Assembly (NCBI GenBank): GCA_051362555.1
Contig: CM120647.1
Span: forward strand, 7,626,001-7,690,000
Direction of reading: 5' to 3'
From: Lingula anatina
Lineage: Eukaryota > Animalia > Brachiopoda
DNA: 64,000 nt
This document shows, piece after piece, positions 26,240 to 37,287 of the stretch (positions within the stretch are counted from its first letter, which is position 1; every line of letters begins with the position of its first letter). The translations under genes were made by a program, and so were the position numbers. Under the pieces are notes generated by a model. That model was given only the letters and a program-made list of their open reading frames with translations, made no database searches and was not told where the DNA came from.

Positions 26240-29200
26240 TCACAGTAGAGAGTTTTCCTCTATTACCGAATGTTGCTGATTCCCGCTTTGACAGCTGCTG
26301 CGTGGCCGACGGCTACAAAATATAAAAAAGAGTGATTCCGACAGATGAGTAGCATCTACGAATTTTGATGCGATTGCATTCTATCTTACCACTATCTTAC
26401 CGGGGCGAGACGGAAAGAGAGAGACACAGAAACGTCAATATTATAGATTTCTTTGCGTGCGTGCGTGAGAAAGAGAGAGGGAGAGAGAAAGTGAGAGAGT
26501 ATGACACATGTAAATATGTTTTCATTTGACGTTTTTTCGAGGCTGAACTCACGATTATAAATACCCATTTTTTCTTATATCAACACATATTTTTAAATAA
26601 GAAAAAAAAACTGACTATGGCGGTTAAAAAGTAGGACATCTTCATCGAAAAATCACTTACTTCTTAAAACTGTTTGCGACTGCTACAGTTTCGGGTAGAT
26701 CTCTGTTTGCTGTCTCCGGCAAAAGGATTGTAGATACTGATGCAAATATGGCCGCGGCTCCAAATATCACAAGTGGCAAGGTATCCTCCCCAATACCTTC
26801 CACTTGAATTTCTCTCTGAATTAAACAGATACAAATAAATATTAATATAAATCAATACAAATTCGAATTATCATTATTGTTAATAAATGAAATATACAAA
26901 TGACAACCGATCCAGCTCAAAAACATTTTAAATGACCACATACGAGTACGACATTTCTGATTATTAGCTTTATTCTCAACTGACCACGATGACAGGAGAG
27001 AGCATGGACCCAAGATTGGCAGACACTACAGCCAGACCCAAACTGAAGTTTCGGACAACGGTAGGAAATATTTCAATACTCCAGATATATATGATATTAT
27101 AGCCTGCAGCGACGCCAAACTTCCCGACCGTGGACAGTGTGATCTTGATGTAGTTAGTAGATTCCAAATCTAAAATATAACATGCAAAACATACAGTTAG
27201 CACTTGATATACTTAATTTTAAACTTGACTATCTCTATCCAAACATAAGAGTAACAACTTAATTTAGAGAGTCCATGTTTGGAATTATCTAAGACTGCAT
27301 TCCCACAGATTACGATCGATCCATCTGGATCGACCTAACTCCCTGGGGGTTCACGCTAAATTGCTGTCAGCCGAGCGCGCACGGAAATAAATTACCCCCT
27401 TACAGCTTTTAGTAGGCGGAACAGACATTAAAACCGGCTTAGCCGACAGCAATCTAGTGAGACTCTCCACGGGGATAGATCGATCTAAATATGTATGGGA
27501 ATGGGGTCTAAGACTGCATTCCCATAGATTTAGATCGATCTATCTAGATCGTCCTAACTCCCTGGGGGTTCACGCTAAATTGCTGTCCGCCAAGCCCGCA
27601 CTGTATTAATTACCCCCTTACAGCTGTTAGTAGGCGGGACAGACATTTAAGCCGGCTAAGCCGACAGCAATCTAGTGAGACTCCCCACAGGGATAGATCA
27701 ATCTGTGGGAACGGGGTCTAATGGTACCAGGAAGGCACGGTTTAATTCAAAACAACAGAACTGTCTGTACTAGTAATTCGGCAGCAATTTACTAGCATTT
27801 TATACTTATCAAAATCAACTTTAGGGAGTGTAACTGGCGGTTTTAGATAGAGAGTTTTATAATTCTGCGTTTTAAATATTAGATTGCACAAAGCAGTCTG
27901 ACGACTGTTTGGTCCAGATTAAGGTAATCTTAATACAATATAATCATTATGATATTACCATTATTTGCGTATAATTGCACGAGGAGAGACGAGAGACATG
28001 CCAGGCCGCCCACTACCATACACAAAATGTATATCTTCTTCCTTCCAAATCTGTCGATAGTGAAACACAATGCATATGCAGGTAATTCCACTATAGAGAG
28101 GAGAAAGAAGTTGAGGTAGAGATTCCCAGACATTCTCCCTGCGTGAAGATTTATCCCATAATACGTCATATCCAAGACAAACCTGCAAGTGAAAAGAATG
28201 GACACCATAGAACTACCTGGTCGTTGTGCCCCAGGATTTCCCTTTGCCTAGCACTTATGGAAAAATGCTCCCATTTTTGTAAATATGTTGTAAGGCCTAC
28301 GTGTATTATTTACTTGTGGCATCAACTGGATCTTGTTAAAGATATTTAAGCTAGGACACAGTTTGAAATCGAAAATCAAAATGGCAGATTTGCCAATCAT
28401 AATAACACATACCAGTTAATATATAGAAGCAGCATTTTGACCACCAATCGGGGGGCACGAAGAAGAACTCTGGCACTTGAAATTGGAGGTTCCTTGATTT
28501 CAACTTTTTCTACAAGACCCCGAGGGAGAGCAGTCTTGTTTATTCTCGCGGTACGCCTTAGAATTGTCTCAGCTTCTGAATGGCGTCCTCTGGTAAGCAA
28601 CCATCTAGGAGACTCGTGAAGAAACCTGCAAACGATAGAATAATATTTATCAAACTTTTCTTTGATTCGGATATACAATGTGGTTATTTCAGAAGGACAT
28701 ATGAGGCTTTGGCGTGACAAATAGGACACAAAAACAAGACTATATATATACCAAAACAAGACTCCAAACAATGCAAGGTTCTTAAGTAAAGGTTAAGCAC
28801 TTGTTTTTAATTCATTTTATGTATAGTTAATCATGTGGATAATTGTGCCCTTTTTTATCAAAATATTCTGTTGAAGTGTCTCTGTCCCGTTTTTGAAGAT
28901 ATCACTCGCAAATACATGTATAATGTTAGGCTAATTTAGCTTTTGCATTTTGATTGTCACTAAATTGCATTACCTACCACAACATTACAAACGCTGTTAG
29001 CAGAAATGGGGCAACCACTACCGTCAATAGATGGCGCCAGTCTCGAAGAAAGTAGGCTATTCCAGTAGTCACTGCCCCGCCCCCCGCATAAACGACTGCC
29101 AAACCTGTACCTACCAACATTCTTTTCCTCGGACCCACCATCTCTAAAGCTGTAAAAGTCGATTTGACAATTGAAGGGAACTTCAGTGCTTTATTTTTTG

Positions 29201-32200
29201 ATAAATGAAATTATTCCTATAATGAAGTCATGCTGAAAAGGCATATCATTTCTAAACAGACTTAACGACATTTCCCCAGATTTCCCCAGACTGACCAGTG
29301 GCTGAACACCCCCACCCCCATTTGCAATGCCGTAGAATGAGTTAATTGTACCAGTCAGTCATGTTCCAAAATCATTTGTGAAAGGGCCGAAAAGGTAGTT
29401 TTCTTATATTCTTTAATTGAGCGATTAACAATGTTATCAGCAGTGCAAGAGAAACCAAAAAAATTAATAAATAAAATAAATAAAAAGAAAGATTAATAAA
29501 AAATATCGCATCTTATGTAATCAAGTCATGTTTTAGTCTGCTCGTGTCCGAAATCCGCACCGACTACTCGTACATATACTGGGTGCGTACTATTTTATAT
29601 ACCACGCTGGGTGTATTAATTTTTGGACCTCTGACCACAATTTCCGCCGAGAAATCTGTTGAAAAGAGAATTCCAGGTCCCAGGTTCAGAAAAAAAACTT
29701 AAGTAGGGATCCGTGACTAAGAGTAATTACGTCCGCACGTCACTAAGTCCTGTTTCACGAAAAATCTAAAAAGCCGCTCAGGTCGTTTTTTCTTAGCTGC
29801 TGGTCGACGAAGTCTGTAGCCTCCTCGGTAGCTGCCTGAATTCGTAAATTTAAGCTCAACTAAAACTCTGTAAATAAGAGCACAATCATCAAAACTTTCG
29901 AAAGAATATACCCTCTTCAACAATAGTGTTACATTACCTTTGAATGTTAATGAAATTTATTAATTTTCAAAAAAAAAAAAAATAAATAAATAAAATGAAA
30001 TATCACCAAGTCGATCGCGATTTTTTTTTATTATTATACCTTTAACCGCTAGATGTCCGATGGCAGCGTTCCAAGACAAGCTAATGTTTTACAGTGACTT
30101 TGAAGCTGTATCAAAATTGAACTTATCAACAGCGTTCAAAAACTAGCTTTGTTTATTTTTGGACGCTTACTCTGTACTGTCTCTGGCTATCTTACTGTAC
30201 TCTACACTGTCGTACTTGTAACTTTAAACTTAACTGGCAATTACTGCGCAGAGTTGCTCTATTTATTCATTTCCAAAAGTGGACGACCTTGATTGGTTGA
30301 CTGCCACTTTGATTGGCAGGCAGAGGGAAAGTGGGTGACCCACCAGACACTGCAAGCCCCTGTTTAATAAACTGATACCGCTTACAAGCAATTCCAACTT
30401 AAAGTTCAAAGTTCAACAACACACTAGCTGAATGTAAAAAAAATGCTATAGCTTACTGCAGGAATTAAAGGCTATGTGTAAAATCGTTACAGTACGTATA
30501 CCGTACCACAGGCAGTAAAAAGGGTCCGCTTTTATGTATCGCAGTCATTCATCAAGTCAGTCTGCCCAGTGCCTTCCCAAGCATATTACATGTACTAGTA
30601 TTCTAAGCGTATCCCATGTACAACATACCAAATGTGCTGGCCAAATTATACAAGTTGCTCATGCCAAAGCCCAACATAAACCGCATCCCTACACTCCACT
30701 CGCAGGTTGGGGAAAAGGCCCATGCTATTCCTGCAAAACCACTGACACTCAACCCAAGAAGCAGCGCCATCTTCCGTCCAACACTGAAATATTACGGCTT
30801 TGTACTTTCATATTTTTTATGAATGTAACCCAATATGAACAAGATGCATGTACTTTATTATGGAGATACAATGAAAATATAATTTTTTTTTTAATTTGCC
30901 CACAAGACCTTTTTGTATTATTTAATGTAACCAAGATGGTAATGTTATACATATACATGCAACGCCATTCAAAATCAACTCCAGTACATGTACATATATC
31001 AAATATAATACCCACCCGTCGGACACCACACCAAATAACAGTCCTCCGACCAAGTGGCCCATTACATTGAAAATATAGGACTTGGTCAACTTTGACGAGT
31101 CGTCACAAAGGAGAGTGAACTATATAAAAATGGAAACGACAAAACCAATTAGCCCCTGCAAAAATTGTCTGAAATGTTTAGTGATCTTAAATATTGGGTT
31201 TGAAAAGGGCTTTACATTACATGTCCGGAAGAATGATTTCGCCAGTGCTTGCAAAAAGGATAAAGAAGGTTTTAAAAAACGTAAGTGGTTAAATTCAAAT
31301 ACAGACTTAATACCTAATATGGAATATATTTATCATTGTTTTGTTTTTGAGTGCAGATTTATTTTTCTATTTTTATTTTTATTATTTTTGCTTTATTAAT
31401 CAAGAAAGTACTGGGTATGTCATTGAGTGAAAAAAATGTCCAGCCTTCTATTGTGAGATATTTTGGTCAATAATATCAAATATGACATAAGATGCCATTC
31501 AAAAGAAAATAACCCCCCCCCCCCACCCCCCCCACCCCCCCCCCAGAAAAATCATATTAACAGTTTGATACCAACTTTAAGCTTCCGGACAGTGATATGC
31601 TACACAGTTTAAAAAAATTATAGGAAATCATGAAAAGTAATCAGTAGCGGGTGTGACCTAGCTGCATCAGCCGTTTGCAGCACCCTCACCCTACATGGGC
31701 CAGGCGTACCCTGTGACAAGTTTCTCAGAGTTTGGATGGGGATACCATTCGACGCAGTAATATTTGCATGTCGCAGTTCATCACGATTTACCGGCTGATG
31801 ATCATAGCTACTAATTCTACGAGTTATTTCCGCCCGCAGATTTTCAATATGGGGAGTTTGCAGGACAGGGCAGTTGCTGAACCCCTTGGTTTTGAAGAAA
31901 CGCAGTGTTTCTGCAAGCTCGATGTGGGGGTGCGTAGTCGTCTTGGTACATAATGTTGTTTCCTGAAGATGGCTTTTCCAAAGGGAAGCATTGTATGCTG
32001 TAGAATGTCTCTGTAGAAATCCTGGTTGAGGTTACCTTCTAAAAAACCAACTGGTTCTGGGCACTGACATGACATGCTCCCCACTTCCACTTGCACCATA
32101 GGCAGTACACTATCATCGTTTTTGCCTTTTGTACACGTTGGCGGACACGGAATCGACCATCAACCCTAAAATCTCCATATCTGGTCTCATCACTGAAAAC

Positions 32201-33400
32201 GACACGATTCCAGTGGTTTGGCTGCAAACGCACGTGGTCCCCAGTCCATTGCAAACGTCGTTGTATATGACCTGATGTTAACAGTGGTTTCTGTACTGGT
32301 TTCCGTGAAAAATAACCGGTTTGCAGTAGTGTCTTGTTAACGAGGTACATTGAAACGGGCGTTTGAAAGACATTCTGCCAATCTCTTCTGAGGAGACTGG
32401 TTGTCTCTGTACGACCAGCACGGCACAGTCTAAGGACAAGGTGATCCTGTCTTCTTGTTATGATACAAGGACACCCTGATCGAGGTCTTGGAGTAGGTGC
32501 GCCTGTTGTTGCATTTCTTTTGAAGACTTAATTTGCTTACGGTTACCTGATTTATGTTGAATTGCCTGGCAATATGGCTGAACTTTTCTGGCCATTTTCT
32601 CTGAGAGCAAGAATCCCATAGTAGGTCGCATTGCTTACATGTAGCTGTCGAACCGTAACTTCTATAAGGTACCAATCAAGTTTCAGAGCGATCCCTCTGT
32701 AGCTTCGCGAAATATACTCCAAAGATTGACCAAACCCATGCGTTTTTATACAAGGACGGGAATTGCCGAAAATACCACCCCTCACATTTCTGATCACAAA
32801 ACATGCAACTGCATGCATCAATTGTTTCGACAGCTGTGTGGTAATTAAGTAACATACCTGGCTACACATGGATTGACACCTCAGTTTCGGATTTTAAAAG
32901 TAAGAGAGAAAATAATTATTTCGTAGAAAATTTTATTCACCAAAAATAATATTCCATATTAAGTATTAACCCTGAAGGTATCAAGGCGTTGAACTACAGT
33001 AATTGACTTATTCAAGATGATTTTACATGTGCTGATGGAAAAAACACACAAGTAAAATATTGATTTCAGTGAATGTACCTGCATCGGATAAGAATATGTT
33101 ACATCGGCGGTGTTAAACACCCATTTTGAACATTCATCTGGTTCTGTGATGTCTTGGTTGACATTACTCTGGTGACTAATGTTTGGAAAAACGGTACATT
33201 CTTCATCAGATACATTCATGAAGGATATGTCGACCATATTCTGGTGCCATTTCCCCTGGATTTTGAAGGTGTCATTTTGAAGACCAGGTAGTTTACACCT
33301 TGAAAAACCAATTGATGAAATACTGCCTGTATAAACCTTTGATCTACAAGAAATTTTACACCAGTGCCATGACCTTCTCCCCTGATTACCACTTGGTTTC

Positions 33401-33452
<52 letters not shown>

Positions 33453-33642
33453 TGAAACTGGGTGTGTCCTCTATGAAAACAACGGCTCCGTTCACCATAT
33501 TTGCCAACATACTTACTATCAAAAACAGCACATAAATCAGTTTTTGGTACTTCCCAAATTCTCCAATCAGAACAAGGATATCGTCAAAGTCCTTGGTGTC
33601 TCTGTCACCGCTGCCCTCACCTCCTGCTTTCTTTTCATCCAT
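26240..33642 (-). CDS. SLC22 organic cation transporter-like MFS protein, gene A (~563 aa); exons 33642-33452, 33298-33079, 31119-31016, 30783-30629, 29149-28978, 28625-28413, 28182-27959, 27169-26985, 26815-26661, 26312-26240
   Basis: SLC22 motifs FDDILVLIGEFGKYQK, LCDDS, SDGVGRK, ESPRWLL, IDRFGRK, EIFPTVVRN, LPETANRDLPET. Ten GT-AG exons of 191/220/104/155/172/213/224/185/155/73 nt; total 1692 nt, in frame. Confidence 0.9.
27293..27718. mobile_element. Head-to-tail dimer of the Harbinger-like MITE (27293-27508, 27512-27718)
   Basis: TAA|GACTGCATTCCC...GGGGTC|TAA|GACTGCATTCCC...GGGGTC|TAA. Each monomer aligns with 1148-1362. Confidence 0.85.
31302..32974 (-). mobile_element. Tc1-family transposon, decayed, in intron 2 of SLC22 gene A
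   Basis: TIRs CAGACTTAATACCTAATATGGAATA and TATTCCATATTAAGTATTAACCCTG. Frameshifted transposase fragments KPLLTSGHIQRRLQW...WNRVVFSDETRY and FLEGNLNQDFYRDIL. Confidence 0.88.
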
Positions 33643-33754
33643 GCTTGGGTCTTTTCTGCTTCCAGAAAGCAAGAAGATGACCCCTCTGTTTGTTGTTCAA
33701 AGCTAACCTCATTTTCTAACAGAAGGGTAAAAACTGATTTAAAAAAAGAAGAAA

Positions 33755-33992
33755 ACTACAAAAGCACTCCGAGAGCGCAGACCTCCGCCAAGGCAGCGGT
33801 TTTTTATTATTACTGATTATTGATTGATTGTTGATCCGGATCACCACCAAAAACTAATCTTCTCTTCCTTGGCCCACTTTTGACAGTTCCTGAAAGTTTC
33901 ATCAAAATCGGTCCATAACCTTTTGAGTTTTATTAATGACAAACAAACAGACAGACAAACAGGTGAAAACATAACCTCCTTGTCGGAGGTAA
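33755..33992 (+). mobile_element. Helentron-associated (HINE/DINE-1-like) non-autonomous element; duplicated at ~37003-37223, reverse relics near 44635-44760 and 63775-63912
   Basis: GAGAGCGCAGACCTCCGCCAAGG at the 5' end is complementary to terminal AACATAACCTCCTTGTCGGAGGT. Internal (CAAA/CAGA)n. Family call is by resemblance. Confidence 0.6.
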
Positions 33993-35008
33993 TTAATATG
34001 AAATTACAGCTTACAAGGCACGTGCAAGCCACGTATTTTGCAAAACATACGGGCAAAGCAGAGCAACATTGCAACAACAGCTTCAACCGTGAAAACGCAA
34101 TTTATAAACACTATACACGCTTTCAAAATGACCACAAATGCCAATAAAATAAAAGATCAGAAAAAACTCACGGTGTGCCAGACCAATCCCTTAGAACTCA
34201 GGGTGTGCCAGACCAATCCCTTAGAATTACCAGGTCCAAACCATCAGCAGCACAGAAAACACCGTGCCTCGATATGAGAAAGAGGTCACAAGGTCACAAG
34301 ACGATCTTTCGCGTTTTTTTTTTAGCTTCTAAATTCTATAAAACATCAATTAAGCTAATAAATAGGCCTTGCATTGGAACTTATTTAACGTATATTTTAT
34401 GTTAATACCTATTAAAGATTCCAATATTAAATGAGATATCTTTTGATTTTTGCCAAGCTATGTAATGTAAAAGCTGTATACAAATTTAACTTATCAACAG
34501 CGTTCAAAAACTAGCTTTGTTTATTTTTGGACGCTTACTCTATACTGTCTCTGGCTATCTTACTGTACTCTACACTGTCGTACTTGTAACTTTAAACTTA
34601 AAACTTAACTGGCAAATACTGCGCAGAGTTGCTCCATTTATTCATTTCCAAAAGTGGACGACCTTGAATGGTTGACTGCCACTTTGATTGGCAGGCAGAG
34701 GGAAAGTGGATGGCCCACCAAACACTGCAAGCCCCTGTTTAATAAACTGATACCGCTTACAAGCAATTCCAACTTAAAGTTCAAAGTTCAACAACACACT
34801 AGCTGAATGTAAAAAAAAAAAAACGCTATAGCTTACTGCAGGAATTAAAGGTTTTGTGTAAAATCGTTACAGTACGTATACCGTACCACAGGCAGTAAAA
34901 AGGGTCCGCTTTTATGTATCGCAGTCATTCATCAAGCCAGTCTGCCCAGTGCCTACCCAAGCATATTACATGTACTAGTATTCTAAGCGTATCCCATGTA
35001 CAACATAC

Positions 35009-36650
35009 CAAATGTGCTAGCCAAATTATACAAGTTGCTCATGCCAAAGCCCAACATAAACCGCATCCCTACACTCCACTCGTAGGTTGGGGAAAAGGCC
35101 CATGCTATTCCTGCAAAACCACTGACACTCAACCCAAGAAGCAGCGCCATCTTCCGTCCAACACTGAAATATTACGGTTTTGTACTTTCATATTTTTATG
35201 AATGTAACCCAATATGAACAAGATGCATGTACTTTATTATGGAGAAATACAATGAAAATATAAAACTTTTTTTTTATTTGCCCACAAGACCTTTTTGTAT
35301 TATTTAATGTAACCAAGATGGTAATGTAATACATATACCCGGTACATGCAACGCCATTCAAAATCAACTCCAGTACTGACACTGACATGACATGCTCCCC
35401 ACTTCCACTTGCACCTTAGGCAGTACACTATCATCGTTTTTGCCTTTCGTACACGTTGGCGGACACGGAATCGACCATCAACCCTAAAATCTCCATATCT
35501 GGTCTCATCACTGAAAACGACACGATTCCAGTGGTTTGTCTGCAAACGCACGTGGTCCCCAGTCCATTGCAAATGTCGTTGTATATGACCTGATGTTAAC
35601 AGTGGTTTCTGTACTGGTTTGCGTGCAAAATAACCGGTTTGCAGTAATGAGGAGATTGGTTGTCTTTGTACGACCAGCACGGCACAGTTTAAGGAGAAGG
35701 CGATCTTGTTGTGATACGAGGACACCCTGCTCGAGGTCTTGGAGTAGGTGCGCCTGTTGTTGCATTTCTTTTGAAGACTTAATTTGCTTACGGTTACCTG
35801 ATTTATGTTGAATTGCCTGACAATATGGCTGAACTTTTCTGGCCATTTTCTCTGAGAGCAAGAATCCCATAGTAGGTCGCGTTGCTTGCGTGCAGCTGTC
35901 GAGCCGTAGCTTCTCTAAGGTACCAGTGAAGTTTCAGAGCGATCCCTGTGTAGCTTTTCGAAATACTCTTCAAAGATAAACCAAACCCGTGCGTTTTTAT
36001 ACAAGGACGGGAAATACCGAAAAGAACACCCCTCACATATCTGATCACACAACATGTAACTGCATGCATCAATTGTTTCGAGAGCTGTGTGGTAATTAAG
36101 TAACATACCTGGCTACACATGGATTGACACCTCAGTTTCGGATTTTAAAAGTAAGAAAGAAAATAATTATTTCGTAGAAAATTTATTCGCCAAAAATAAT
36201 ATTCCATATTAAGTATTAACCCTGAAGGTATCAAGGCGTTGAACTACAGTAATTGACTTATTCAAGATGATTTTACATGTGCTGATGGAAAAAACACACA
36301 AGTAAAATATTGATTTTAGTGAAGGTACCTGCATCGGATATGAATATGTTACATCGGCGGTGTCAAACACCCATTCTGCACATTCATCTGGTTCTGTGAC
36401 GTCTTGGCTGACATTACTCTGGTGAGTAATGTTTGGAAAAACGGCACATTCCTTATCAGTTACATTCATGAAGGATATGTCGACCATATTTTGGTGCCAT
36501 TTCCCCTGGATTTTGAAGGTGTCATTTTGAAGACCAGGCAGCTTACACCTTGAAAAGATAATTGATTAAATACTGCTGTATAAACCTTTGATCTACAAGA
36601 AATTTTACACATTTGCCATGACCTTCTCCCCTGATTACCACTTTGTATCA

Positions 36651-36701
<51 letters not shown>

Positions 36702-36891
36702 TGAAACTGGGTGTGTCCTCTATGAAAACAACGGCTCCGTTCACCATATTTGCCAACAGACTTACTATCAAAAACAGCACATAAATCAGTTTTTGGTACT
36801 TCCCAAATTCTCCAATCAGAACAAGGATATCGTCAAGCTCCTTGGTGTCTCTGTCACAGCTGCCCTCATCTCCTGCTTTCTTTTCATCCAT
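35009..36891 (-). pseudogene. Partial SLC22 duplicate A': exon 1' 36891-36701, exon 2' 36548-36329, exon 4' 35163-35009; exon 3 deleted, exons 5-10 absent (may act as an alternative 5' cassette)
   Basis: All three exons are open with intact splice sites. The deletion at ~35376 removes the 104-nt exon 3, so a 2'-4' splice is out of frame. Confidence 0.75.
35377..36224 (-). mobile_element. Truncated Tc1 copy (duplicated along with the segment)
   Basis: Colinear with ~32063-32974, retains WNRVVFSDETRY and the right TIR; left part lost in the deletion. Confidence 0.85.
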
Positions 36892-37287
36892 GCTTGGGTT
36901 TGTTCTGCTTCTAGAAAGCAAGAAGATAACCCCTTTGTTTGTTGATCAAAGCTAACCTGATTTTCTAACAGTAGGGTAAAAACTGATTTAAAAAAAGAAG
37001 AAAACCAGAAAAGCACCCCGAGAGCGCAAACCGCCAAGGCAGCGATTTTTTTATTATTACTGATTATTGGTCGATTATTGATCCGAATCACCACTTGTCC
37101 TTTTTTGACCGTTCCTGAAAATTTCATCAAAATCGGTCCATGACTTTTTTAGTTATGTTGATGACAAACAAACAAACAGACAGACAAACAAGGGTGAAAA
37201 CATAACCTCCTTGTCGGAGGTAATAAATATGAAATTACAGCTTACAGGGCACTTGCAAGCCACGTATTTTGCAAAACATGCAGGCAA

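Noticed and set aside
30534-31070. 178-aa plus-strand ORF and its 95-aa twin at 34914-35201
   Set aside because: Antisense to SLC22 exons 3-4; the repetition is explained by the segmental duplication; no recognisable domain.
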